Shown here one piece after another: positions 28,838 through 38,346 of a DNA stretch of 64,000 nucleotides. Below the pieces are notes generated by a model. The model saw only the letters and a list, made by a program, of their open reading frames with translations, did not search any database and was not told the origin of the DNA. The stretch is taken from positions 11,314 through 75,313 of the forward strand of contig DYLU01000002.1 in the NCBI GenBank assembly GCA_020721905.1, given 5' to 3'. A program made the position numbers and the translations under genes. Position 1 is the stretch's first letter. Each line of letters opens with the position of its first letter. Source of the stretch: Leptospira biflexa. GTDB taxonomy: Bacteria > Spirochaetota > UBA4802 > UB4802.

Positions 28838-28860
28838 TAATACTGACATGTCAGTATTAC
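28838..28860. promoter_or_regulatory. second palindromic site AATACTGACATGTCAGTATT in the divergent TetR/SCP2 promoter region, just downstream of a TTGACA -35 hexamer
   Basis: Read directly. TTGACA at 28823-28828 precedes it. Same core as the 28054-28091 palindrome. Confidence 0.6.
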
Positions 28861-28921
28861 AAGCAAATTTTTTATATTTGCAAAATATTTTACATAATAT
28901 TATTTTTTAAGGAGGATCAAC

Positions 28922-29479
28922 ATGGTTATTGCACCAAATACTTCAATTGATCAATTTCTCACAGAAATTATGCCAAAAGCAGCAACGGAAATGCTTCAAA
29001 ATTCCAATGCACCCAAAGAACTTGGTGGCACTGAAATCACCATGGTTGTTGAAGTTAATGGTAAATCCTATGGATTCAAAGTTAAAGATGGCAAAAATAT
29101 TGAAACATGTGGTGATATCGCAAAACCTATGCTGAGATTAAAAATATCCGAAGCTGATTTAAAGAAAATGATTGAAACCAATAATCTCGATATGCTGTTA
29201 GGCATGCAGAAGGATCTGACAAGAGCCCGATATAATGCTCTATCTTCTTTGAAAGGTAGTTTTATTGCCAAATTAAAAAATGACGATGGTTCTGAATTTA
29301 CCATTGAAGCAATACTTAACGGTGCAACATCACCACAATCAATTTTCCGTATGACAACAAAAGACTCAGCTGCTTTGATGAAAAAGGAAACAAATCCTGT
29401 TAATCTTTTCATGTCAGGTGCAATGAAAATCGAAGGTGATATGAGTTTTGCAATGGCAACCCAACCCCTATTCACTTGA
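28922..29479 (+). CDS. SCP2 (sterol-carrier-protein-2-like) lipid-binding domain protein
   Basis: SCP2-like C-terminal pattern (LFMSGAMKIEGDMSFAMATQPLF). 185 aa. Strong SD aaggagga. First gene of the plus-strand ligase/thiolase operon. Confidence 0.65.
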   Translation: MVIAPNTSIDQFLTEIMPKAATEMLQNSNAPKELGGTEITMVVEVNGKSYGFKVKDGKNIETCGDIAKPMLRLKISEADLKKMIETNNLDMLLGMQKDLTRARYNALSSLKGSFIAKLKNDDGSEFTIEAILNGATSPQSIFRMTTKDSAALMKKETNPVNLFMSGAMKIEGDMSFAMATQPLFT

Positions 29480-29492
29480 TAGATATGCTTTA

Positions 29493-29532
29493 CATCTCAA
29501 CCACATTTTTCATGTGGTTGAGATGTTTTTTT
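29493..29532 (+). terminator. hairpin CATCTCAACCACAT-ttttc-ATGTGGTTGAGATG followed by T7 (possible attenuating terminator)
   Basis: Read directly. Perfect 14-bp stem, then ttttttt. Lies between the SCP2 gene and the ligase gene. Confidence 0.6.
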
Positions 29533-29554
29533 ATCGATCACATGGAGGACAACA

Positions 29555-31432
29555 ATGGAAACTTTACCCTGGTACAAAGAATATAAAGTTTTAGGTATAC
29601 CAAAAACATTTAAGCCTTATCCTGATAAACCTGTATATGATATTCTTGAAATAGCTGCAAAAAAATACAAAAATAATGGCCTTTTACAAAAGGATTATTT
29701 TATATCTTATCCGCAACTTCTTGAGTATGTAAACAGACTGGCTTCACGCCTACAGTCTTTTGGACTGATCAAAAATGATATTATTGCAACGATTTTACCA
29801 ACTTCTACAGAATTTATAATTGCTGATTACGCAATTTCAAAAGCAGGGCTCATCCATCTGCCATGCAGTTCACTTGAACCTGCTGAAGCTCTTGAACACA
29901 AATTTAAAGAAGGTAAGCCTAAAGCTATAATTTGTACCAGCAACGATATTAAAATTGTCACCCACTTAATAAAAAAGACCAGTGTCAGAGCTATCATCAT
30001 TGCAGACACACGTACCAGCAACTTTGTTCCAACTATCGATACCAATAAAATTAAAATACCAAGCTCCTCAATTTATGAGTTATACTCATTAATCCAGAAT
30101 TCTTCAGGAAACATTAATCCAGTTCCTATTAATGTAGAAACTGATATCGAAACATTAATTTTTACAGGTGGTACCACAGGTATTCCAAAAGGCTGTATGC
30201 TCACACATAGAAATATATATGCTAACTGTATACAGAATCTCCATGCATTAGGTGCCGGAGGATTGACATTCAAGGGGGCAATATCGGTTATATTGGGATT
30301 ACCATTTTTTCATACCTATGGGCATTGCCTTATGCATACAATGATGCTTTTTGGATTCAATATCATCATTATCAACGATCCACGTGATACTAAATCAATG
30401 GTTGAAAATATAAAGAAGCACTATCCGGTTATGCAGATAGGTGTACCAGCTCAATTCATGAAATTAGCTAAAGAAGATCTCAGCGGTATAGGCATAATTG
30501 GTCTTTCAGGATCGGCTCCTCTATCTGAATCGACACAGGAAGAATTTGAAAAACGTTCAAATAGCGGCATAATGGAAGGTTATGGTCTTTCAGAGATGTC
30601 CCCAGTGACACACCTTAATCCTTCAGTGATATACCGTATTTTAGGAGGGCGTTTTGGTGTCCGATTAGTATCTCTCTTATCATCAATTCCCGGAAATAGT
30701 TACTTAACCAATCAGCTCTTTCGTTTGATAGGGACAAGAAACTTTGGCTGGATTTTTACTAAAATTATTTCATATCGCATGAAAAAAACAAGTCAAAAGC
30801 CCGGAAAGAAATCTGTAGAAAAACGAAGAACAATTGGTGTTCCATTCCCCGACACTGAAGTACGTTTTCTTGATTTTGAAACTGGTAACATTCTGACAAT
30901 TGATGATATGCTGGCTGGAAAAAGAGCAGAGATGCTTTTAAAGGGACCACAGCGTATGTTAGGATACTGGCCAAAACCTGATAGTGGCTGTGATGCTGAA
31001 GGTTTCATTCATACCGGTGACATAGTACAGATAGACTCTAATGGTTATTTTTACATTGTTGATCGTTCCAAGGATATGATTAATGTCTCAGGTTTCAAAG
31101 TATATTCAAAAGAAATTGATGACATCGCTGGTGAACATCCACATGTTGAAGCAGCTGCAACTGTTGGAATACCTAATCCAGAAAAAGAAGGTAGCGAAGT
31201 AGTTGTTCTTTTTGTTCAGTTGTATCCACAATACAAAAACAAAACAAAAGAACAAGATATATTAAAATACCTTCAATCAAAAGTTGCAAAATATGCAGTA
31301 CCCAAATTTATACAACTGGTAGATGAACTTCCCCGAACAGCAGTTGAAAAAGTTGATAAAAAAATATTACGGCAAATGGCTATTGATCATTTTCTACTAT
31401 CAAAAAAGAAAGCAAAAATCAAAACAAAATAA
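29555..31432 (+). CDS. AMP-dependent acyl-CoA synthetase/ligase (625 aa) with ~60-aa insertion
   Basis: AMP-binding motifs (FTGGTTGIPKGCMLTH, GYGLSEMSPV). Basic insertion (RFGVRLVSLLSSIPGNSYLTNQLFRLIGTRNFGWIFTKIISYRMKKTSQKPGKK) before the C-terminal domain. SD ggagga plus ATG. Confidence 0.8.
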   Translation: METLPWYKEYKVLGIPKTFKPYPDKPVYDILEIAAKKYKNNGLLQKDYFISYPQLLEYVNRLASRLQSFGLIKNDIIATILPTSTEFIIADYAISKAGLIHLPCSSLEPAEALEHKFKEGKPKAIICTSNDIKIVTHLIKKTSVRAIIIADTRTSNFVPTIDTNKIKIPSSSIYELYSLIQNSSGNINPVPINVETDIETLIFTGGTTGIPKGCMLTHRNIYANCIQNLHALGAGGLTFKGAISVILGLPFFHTYGHCLMHTMMLFGFNIIIINDPRDTKSMVENIKKHYPVMQIGVPAQFMKLAKEDLSGIGIIGLSGSAPLSESTQEEFEKRSNSGIMEGYGLSEMSPVTHLNPSVIYRILGGRFGVRLVSLLSSIPGNSYLTNQLFRLIGTRNFGWIFTKIISYRMKKTSQKPGKKSVEKRRTIGVPFPDTEVRFLDFETGNILTIDDMLAGKRAEMLLKGPQRMLGYWPKPDSGCDAEGFIHTGDIVQIDSNGYFYIVDRSKDMINVSGFKVYSKEIDDIAGEHPHVEAAATVGIPNPEKEGSEVVVLFVQLYPQYKNKTKEQDILKYLQSKVAKYAVPKFIQLVDELPRTAVEKVDKKILRQMAIDHFLLSKKKAKIKTK

Positions 31433-31457
31433 TAATCAGAGAACAAGAGAGGTACCA

Positions 31458-32636
31458 ATGAGAGAATGTGTATTTATTGATGGTGTGAGAACACCCAACG
31501 GAAGAGCTCATCGTGAAAAAGGCTGGTTCAGAAACTTAAGGCCTGATGAGCTTTTAACACCAGTGTACAATGCACTATTTGAGCGAAACAGTAAAGTTGC
31601 CCCTGGTATGATTGATGCTGTTTTTGTTGGTTGTGCTAATCCATCAGGCATGCAGAACGATATCGGCAGGTTAGCATGGTTAGCATCTGGACTACCAGAT
31701 TCAGTCCCTACCAATACTTTGACCAATCAATGTCCATCCGGCATGTCTGCCACCATGCATGCCGCACGAGCAATTATGACCGGTGAAGCAGATATCATCA
31801 TAGCTGCTGGCATAGAGGATATGGAAAAAGTACCAATGGGTGCCAATATGGATTTCCCTCCACGCTTGTTGAAATACTATAATGGAGCGGATCTTTTAAT
31901 GGGAGCTACTGCCGAAAAAGTAGCTGAGAAATGGAATATATCTCGAGATGACATGGAAAATATGGCATACTGGTCAAATAAAAAGGCATGGGAAGCAACA
32001 CAAGCCGGCAAATTCAAAAAGGAGATAGTTCCAATAATGGGTCTTGATGATAATGGAAATGAATTCTTAGTAGATAGGGATCAATGGATTCGCGAAAAGG
32101 TAGATAGGGAAAAAATGAAAACCATGATGTCACCATTCAAGCCCAATGGCGTTGTAACAGCAGCAACATCATCACCGCTGACACAGGGTGCTTCAGCACT
32201 ACTTCTCATGAGTAGAGAAAAAGCTGATAAATTGGGACTCCCGTATACATATAAATACTCATATGGAGTATTAGCCGGATGTGATCCTACTGTAATGGGA
32301 ATTGGACCAATTCCTGCTATAAAGAAACTTGTTGCACGGACTGGTTTGAATCTAGACGAAGTGGGAGCAATTGAACTGAATGAAGCTTTTGCAAGTCAGT
32401 CATTAGCATGTATACGTGAACTTAAACTAGATAATGACAATGCTCCATTTAAGCGTGTGAATGTTTGGGGCGGTGCTATTGCTTTAGGTCATCCGTTAGG
32501 TGAATCAGGTGCACGTATTATTGTAACGTTGCTTAATGTGTTACAAACTGAATTCCCGAATGCGAAATATGGACTTGCTTCGCTATGTGGTGCTTTTGGC
32601 AATGCAGGAGCATTACTGGTTGAAAAAGTTAATTAA
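31458..32636 (+). CDS. thiolase (acetyl-CoA C-acyltransferase / 3-ketoacyl-CoA thiolase), 392 aa
   Basis: N-terminus MRECVFIDGVRTPNG. Active-site Cys context NQCPSG. C-terminal GHPLGESGARI and CGAFG motifs. Start corrected from track 31323 to ATG 31458 (SD gagagg). The upstream 45 codons overlap the ligase. Confidence 0.85.
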   Translation: MRECVFIDGVRTPNGRAHREKGWFRNLRPDELLTPVYNALFERNSKVAPGMIDAVFVGCANPSGMQNDIGRLAWLASGLPDSVPTNTLTNQCPSGMSATMHAARAIMTGEADIIIAAGIEDMEKVPMGANMDFPPRLLKYYNGADLLMGATAEKVAEKWNISRDDMENMAYWSNKKAWEATQAGKFKKEIVPIMGLDDNGNEFLVDRDQWIREKVDREKMKTMMSPFKPNGVVTAATSSPLTQGASALLLMSREKADKLGLPYTYKYSYGVLAGCDPTVMGIGPIPAIKKLVARTGLNLDEVGAIELNEAFASQSLACIRELKLDNDNAPFKRVNVWGGAIALGHPLGESGARIIVTLLNVLQTEFPNAKYGLASLCGAFGNAGALLVEKVN

Positions 32637-32662
32637 CCAAATTATTTTATACTGAGTGTACA

Positions 32663-32700
32663 TTTCCGCCGCCAGGTGCGGCGGAAATTAAATCTTAATT
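32663..32700 (+). terminator. GC-rich hairpin TTTCCGCCGC-caggt-GCGGCGGAAA followed by a weak T-rich tail
   Basis: Read directly downstream of the thiolase stop. Perfect 10-bp stem. T-tract interrupted (ttaaatcttaatttt). Confidence 0.5.
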
Positions 32701-32777
32701 TTAGTTCATAATTTATGTGCACATAAATAGTCATACCAAATAAATGTAACAATTTTAATTGCAAAAGGAGGTTTGTC

Positions 32778-33416
32778 GTGAAACGATTTTTAACTATCTT
32801 TTTAACAATTATTTTTGCAGGTATCTCAATCCTTGTTTTTTCACAACAATCAAACTGGAAATTAGTACATGAAAGTAAAGAAGATCAAGCTTTCTTACAA
32901 ATTTTCACTCGTGATATCCCCGGTTCGCCTTATAAAGAATTTAAGGGTGTAAGCTTTTCTGATATTCCTTTTGATATTGCTCTCAAAGTTATTCAGGACT
33001 ACAATAATTATCACAAATGGTATGGCATGTGTAAAGCATTGTATCCAATAAATGTGCGCAACCCAAAAGATCTTGATATGTATTTTATCCTTGACCTTCC
33101 TGTTGTTACAGATCGCGATGTTATTGTTAAAGTTGAATGCGGCTGGGATGAGAAAAAAGGGACCGCCTGGGTAAACATGACATCAGTAAATAATAGTACA
33201 TATAAAAATGACAGCGGTTTAGTGCGTATGACATCTTTAAAAGGAAGATGGGATATAATCAAAAAAGATGATAACCATGTAGAAGTTATTTATCAGGTAC
33301 ATGCTGAATTAGGAGGATCTCTGCCAGCCTGGGTGGTCAATATTGCAGCAAAAGATCAACCGTTAAAGACTTTAAAAGGTGTTTATAAATACAGTAAAAA
33401 GATACGCGATAAGTAA
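32778..33416 (+). CDS. secreted START/SRPBCC-like lipid-binding domain protein (212 aa)
   Basis: N-terminal signal/anchor (MKRFLTIFLTIIFAGISILVFS). START-domain-like features (W...ALYPINVRNPKDLDMYFILDLP...SLPAWVVN). SD aaggagg. Confidence 0.55.
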   Translation: MKRFLTIFLTIIFAGISILVFSQQSNWKLVHESKEDQAFLQIFTRDIPGSPYKEFKGVSFSDIPFDIALKVIQDYNNYHKWYGMCKALYPINVRNPKDLDMYFILDLPVVTDRDVIVKVECGWDEKKGTAWVNMTSVNNSTYKNDSGLVRMTSLKGRWDIIKKDDNHVEVIYQVHAELGGSLPAWVVNIAAKDQPLKTLKGVYKYSKKIRDK

Positions 33417-33443
33417 AAATAAGAATATACTTATTGATAAAAA

Positions 33444-33474
33444 AGGGGCATTTTGATATATGCCTCTTTTTTTA
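33444..33474 (+). terminator. rho-independent terminator (AGGGGCAT-loop-ATGCCTCT, then T8)
   Basis: Read directly after the START-domain gene. One G-U wobble in the stem. Confidence 0.55.
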
Positions 33475-33560
33475 TTATGAATAATCTTGACACATAATAC
33501 AATATAATTTTTTTAATGTAGAAATACTTATTTTAATTTTGCAACCAAACAGGATATCCT

Positions 33561-33950
33561 ATGGTAATGGTTTTTATACTGATAGTAGGCATTTATGTAA
33601 TCACCATTGGACTGTTAGAACTTGTAATACCTGCCCGCATGTTACAATTATGGATTAAAATTTCTTCAAGCAGGTTGTATTATCTTTATGGAATTCTATT
33701 AATAATAGCGGGATTCCCCCTAACTCAGGTACCATCATCCAACCCTTTATCTACCCCACTTTTCATTGTTGGATTAATAGTGGTCTTTTCTGGACCGTTC
33801 ATTCTAATTTATCCTGAAAAGATAAAAAACATTTTTTTTCAGGGACTTGAAGAACTTGGACAAAAAGGAAGCCGCTTTGCTTTGATTATTGATGCAATAG
33901 CTCGAATTGTCACAGGAATATTATGTATAGCTGCGTATTTGCTTAGTTAA
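33561..33950 (+). CDS. small integral membrane protein (129 aa, ~4 TM)
   Basis: Track ORF. Strongly hydrophobic helices. No motif recognised. Confidence 0.4.
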   Translation: MVMVFILIVGIYVITIGLLELVIPARMLQLWIKISSSRLYYLYGILLIIAGFPLTQVPSSNPLSTPLFIVGLIVVFSGPFILIYPEKIKNIFFQGLEELGQKGSRFALIIDAIARIVTGILCIAAYLLS

Positions 33951-33956
33951 GATAAT

Positions 33957-36422
33957 CTAAATGACAATATTAACCAATTTTCCAGGCACAACTATTACTT
34001 TTCTGACTGTTTTTCCAGCTATCATCTCTTTAATTCTGTCATCATCAAGTGCTACCTTTTCAATTTCCTCTTTTGTAATATCAGCAGGCACATTGCGTTT
34101 TGACCGTATCTTTCCATTTATCTGGAAAACAACTTCTATCTCATCCTTTGCAATAAGCTCTTCTTTGAAATCAGGCCACGGCTCATCCAGAATAAAATTC
34201 TTATGTCCCAGCACCTCCCATAATTCTTCAGCAAGATGTGGCACAAACGGCCCAAGCATTGGCAATAATTTATCAAATAATTCGGATACTACCATCTTTC
34301 CGGTATCTGTTCGTATTATTTCTTCATTTACCTGATACAATGCATTTACCAATTCCATCATACGGGCAATTGCCGTATTAAACTGCATTCTGTTTTCAAT
34401 ATCGTGTGTCACTGCTTTTACGGTTCTGTGGATTTCCCCTCTAAGATTTTTTAAAGCTTTATCCAATACAATAGTATCAAAATTATATTCAGTATAACAA
34501 TCACCATATTTGTGAACAATTCGCCAAACGCGGTTAACAAACCGATAGCAACCTTCAACCCCCTTATCCGACCAGTCCAGATCCTTTTCAGGAGGAGCAG
34601 CAAAAAGCATAAATAATCGTACAGTATCAGCACCATATTTGTCTATGATATCATCAGGATCCACAATATTGCCTTTGGATTTGCTCATTTTGCTGCCATC
34701 TTTTATTACCATTCCCTGTGTCAGCAAACGAGTAAAAGGCTCCCGATATTGGAAAATCCCCAGATCATTCAGGACCATGGTAAAAAAGCGTGCATACAGC
34801 AAATGCATACAGGCATGTTCTATTCCGCCTATATACTGGTCAACCGGAGTCCAGTAATTGACCTCATCAAAGTCAAAAATGTCCTTTGAATGGGGAGAAG
34901 TAAACTTTGCAAAATACCATGAAGAATCAACAAAGGTATCCATGGTATCCGTTTCACGCTTTGCTTTACCCCCACAGTGTGGGCATGTAGTTTCATAAAA
35001 TTCAGGCATCATGGTAAGTGGTGAACGAGAATCACCATGAAAATCAACATTCGTTGGCAATATTACCGGCAAGGCATCATACGGTACAGGCTGTGCGCCA
35101 CACTTTTCACAATACACGATTGGTATAGGACAGCCCCAGTAGCGTTGTCGTGATATTAACCAGTCTTTGAGGCGGTAATTTACTTTTTTGTAACCAATAC
35201 CTTCTTTTTCAGCATAGTCTGATATTGCTTCAATGGCCTTCTTATTAGCCATACCTGTGAAGGGACCAGAATTCACACATATACCATCCTCAACATATGC
35301 ATCTTTCATTGATGCAACATCAATAGGGGAAGAAGGATTATCAATAACCAGCTTTACAGGAATCCCATATTTTTTTGCAAAAGCGAAGTCACGTGTGTCA
35401 TGTGCCGGGACAGCCATGATAGCACCCGTTCCATATTCCATAAGAACAAAATTACCAACATACAGAGGCACAATATCACCATTAAACGGATTTATGATTT
35501 TTATTCCTGTATCTATGCCTTCTTTTTCCTTTTCTTCAGAAAGTCTGTCTACCAGGGACTGTTCTTTGATCCTTTTAATAAATGCCTTTACTTTTGAATC
35601 TTTTACCCGCTCCAGAAATGGATGTTCAGGAGCTATTACCATAAATGTTACACCATAAATGGTATCTGGACGCGTGGTAAAAATTGAGAAATCCTCACCT
35701 GTATCAGCAACCTTAAAATTTACAACCAGTCCTGTTGAGCGGCCAATCCAGTTTCTTTGCATCACAATAACACGCTCAGGCCAGCCATCTTTTAGCATAT
35801 CATGACCATTCAAAAGATCTTCTGCATAATCGGTTATTTTTAAAAACCATTGCTCCAATTCTCTCTGCGTTACCTGCGTTTCACATCGCCAGCATAAGCC
35901 ATTTTCAACCTGTTCATTAGCAAGTACTGTATTGCATGTTGGGCACCAATTAACCGGTGCTTTGCGCTTGTAGGCCAATCCTTTCTCATACATCTTTATA
36001 AAAATATATTGATTCCATTTATAATATTCTGGTATATAGGTGGCTATCTCCCTTTCCCAATCATAAGAGTATCCTAACATTTTAAATTGCTTTTTCATGT
36101 AAGCAATATTGTCATCAGTCCATTTTTTAGGAGGAATATTATGCTTGATGGCAGCATTTTCTGCTGGTAAGCCAAATGCATCCCACCCCATTGGATGAAA
36201 AACATTGAATCCCTGCATTCGTTTATAGCGAGCTACAACATCTCCAATTGAATAATTGCGCACATGACCCATGTGTATTCTACCCGAAGGATACGGAAAC
36301 ATTTCTAATATATAATACTTTTTCCTGTTTTTATCACGTTTTGATAAAAATACCTGTTCTTTATTCCAACGCTCCTGCCATTTTTTTTCAATTTGTCTGG
36401 GATTATATTCTTTCTCATGCAT
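33957..36422 (-). CDS. leuS: leucyl-tRNA synthetase (821 aa)
   Basis: HIGH-region PYPSGRIHMGHVRNY. KMSKS motif (KMSKSKGN). CP1 editing domain length typical of bacterial LeuRS. Confidence 0.92.
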   Translation of the reverse strand: MHEKEYNPRQIEKKWQERWNKEQVFLSKRDKNRKKYYILEMFPYPSGRIHMGHVRNYSIGDVVARYKRMQGFNVFHPMGWDAFGLPAENAAIKHNIPPKKWTDDNIAYMKKQFKMLGYSYDWEREIATYIPEYYKWNQYIFIKMYEKGLAYKRKAPVNWCPTCNTVLANEQVENGLCWRCETQVTQRELEQWFLKITDYAEDLLNGHDMLKDGWPERVIVMQRNWIGRSTGLVVNFKVADTGEDFSIFTTRPDTIYGVTFMVIAPEHPFLERVKDSKVKAFIKRIKEQSLVDRLSEEKEKEGIDTGIKIINPFNGDIVPLYVGNFVLMEYGTGAIMAVPAHDTRDFAFAKKYGIPVKLVIDNPSSPIDVASMKDAYVEDGICVNSGPFTGMANKKAIEAISDYAEKEGIGYKKVNYRLKDWLISRQRYWGCPIPIVYCEKCGAQPVPYDALPVILPTNVDFHGDSRSPLTMMPEFYETTCPHCGGKAKRETDTMDTFVDSSWYFAKFTSPHSKDIFDFDEVNYWTPVDQYIGGIEHACMHLLYARFFTMVLNDLGIFQYREPFTRLLTQGMVIKDGSKMSKSKGNIVDPDDIIDKYGADTVRLFMLFAAPPEKDLDWSDKGVEGCYRFVNRVWRIVHKYGDCYTEYNFDTIVLDKALKNLRGEIHRTVKAVTHDIENRMQFNTAIARMMELVNALYQVNEEIIRTDTGKMVVSELFDKLLPMLGPFVPHLAEELWEVLGHKNFILDEPWPDFKEELIAKDEIEVVFQINGKIRSKRNVPADITKEEIEKVALDDDRIKEMIAGKTVRKVIVVPGKLVNIVI

Positions 36423-36571
36423 ACATCATCCTCCAATAATACATTTACACACCAGATGCATCCAGTACATTAATAATATCTACCAATAGTTATTGATCAA
36501 ATACATATGCACATTATTCACACAGGTTTTATCGTCAAGTATTTTGTTACCAGACAGCTATCATACTTAAA

Positions 36572-38335
36572 TTATATGCCAAAATGTCCATACTGCTTTC
36601 CTTCAATCTGCACTATTATTTTATTGTACATACTGATGATATCCCTATACAGGACAATAGCTGTAACCTTATTTTCTTTTACTACAGGTAAAAAATCGAT
36701 TCCATATTCATCCATTCTTCGTAGAGCCTCTGCTGCAGAATAACTCTCAGTACAGGGATTAACATGTAACACTATATCCTGACAGATCAGCAATTCAACC
36801 ACATCACTGGAAAGCAGTGCCTGTCTTACTTCATTCAATGAAAGTATCCCTGTATACCCCCCTTTATCATCAACCACAACAAGCCTTTCAACTTCAATCA
36901 GTTTATCCATTGCAGATTTGAGTGGCGCTTTTGTAGTAATTGTCTGGAAATCCTTGCTCGCTATTGACCGGACATTAACCGATTCAAGAACATTAATTCG
37001 GCTTTTACGAACATCAATACCTTCTTCCAGCAACTCTAATTCATAAATGGTGCCTTTATTATAGTAGGTAACAGTCAGGTGCGATATAACCGAAGCAAGC
37101 ATAGAAGGAAGAATGATTCTATAATCATTGGTCAATTCAAATACCATCAATATGGCTGTAATTGGTATTGAGTTTAAGCCAGCAAGCATACCACCCATGC
37201 CTATAAGTGCATATGCAACAGGATCAAGTGTTACTCCAAAAAAAGAAAGCATTGAAGCAAACAAATAACCAACCAGTATGCCTATACATAACGATGGAGC
37301 AAATAAACCGCCATAAGCTCCTGTTTGAAAATACAGTGCTACAAATGTAATTTTTAATACAAACAGGATAAACAAAAAATTTACTGAAAATTCTTTTGCC
37401 AGAACTTTATTGATTAATTCATACCCTATACCATAAATATCTGTAAAAAACATAACCGCAATAGCAAATAAAAGCGATAATGGTAACACTATGGTTATCG
37501 TGTCATCCTTTATTACTTTTTTATAAAATTTTCTTATTATGTGCGATAGCTCCATAAATAAAAGCGCAATAATGCCACACACCATTGCCAGTAAAATAAA
37601 ATAAAACACTTCACCAGTATTAACCTGAAATTTTGGGATCTGTAACAATGCAACATTACCTAAATAAGCTTTTGAGACCATATCTGCAGATACAGACGCT
37701 ATTACCAGAGCACTCAATGACTCATTTTTTAAATCATTGAGTAATATTACCTCTATCCCAAAAAAGACCCCTGCAATAGGGGCATTGAATATAGCAGAAA
37801 TTGCAGCACCAGCTCCTGCAACTGTATAGGTAGTCATTTTACGGATATTCAAACGAAAAAGTGATGAAATATATGAACCAAGCCCGCCGCCAATTTTAGC
37901 AGAAGGCCCTTCAGGCCCCAGCGGTGCACCAGTACCCAATGTCACAGCAGAAGCTATCAGATGAAACAATGTTGTAAAAAATGGTATGGGGATTTTTTGC
38001 AACAGGACAGATTTTATAACATTTGTAACTCCTCGTTCGGACGCCTGCTGCGGGAATAATCGCGTTAAGCCTATAATCATCAACGCACCTATAACAGGAA
38101 CTATCGACATAACAAATGAAGGGATTTCAAGGTAGCCTGAAAAGTGAGAAGGATTAATTGCAAAGCGCATCCACTCAATAAGGGTATGAAAAACCATGGC
38201 ACCCAGGCCTGCAGCAGTTCCAATTACAAGGGAAATGCCAATCTGTAATATGTATTCTTTCAGGTCATATCTGGTAGTGAAAAATTTTTTTATACTATCA
38301 TAATAGTGCTGAATAATATGTAGTATATTGTCCAT
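36572..38335 (-). CDS. ClC-family voltage-gated chloride channel / H+-Cl- antiporter with C-terminal CBS pair
   Basis: ClC selectivity motifs GPEGP and GxFxP-like (GVFFGIE). About 10 TM helices. C-terminal CBS-domain region. Confidence 0.85.
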   Translation of the reverse strand: MDNILHIIQHYYDSIKKFFTTRYDLKEYILQIGISLVIGTAAGLGAMVFHTLIEWMRFAINPSHFSGYLEIPSFVMSIVPVIGALMIIGLTRLFPQQASERGVTNVIKSVLLQKIPIPFFTTLFHLIASAVTLGTGAPLGPEGPSAKIGGGLGSYISSLFRLNIRKMTTYTVAGAGAAISAIFNAPIAGVFFGIEVILLNDLKNESLSALVIASVSADMVSKAYLGNVALLQIPKFQVNTGEVFYFILLAMVCGIIALLFMELSHIIRKFYKKVIKDDTITIVLPLSLLFAIAVMFFTDIYGIGYELINKVLAKEFSVNFLFILFVLKITFVALYFQTGAYGGLFAPSLCIGILVGYLFASMLSFFGVTLDPVAYALIGMGGMLAGLNSIPITAILMVFELTNDYRIILPSMLASVISHLTVTYYNKGTIYELELLEEGIDVRKSRINVLESVNVRSIASKDFQTITTKAPLKSAMDKLIEVERLVVVDDKGGYTGILSLNEVRQALLSSDVVELLICQDIVLHVNPCTESYSAAEALRRMDEYGIDFLPVVKENKVTAIVLYRDIISMYNKIIVQIEGKQYGHFGI

Positions 38336-38346
38336 GAGGAAAAAAA

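Noticed and set aside
31323-31457. N-terminal 45-codon extension of the thiolase ORF
   Set aside because: Overlaps the ligase 3' end. Conserved thiolase N-terminus (MRECVFIDGVRTPNG) begins at ATG 31458, which has its own SD.
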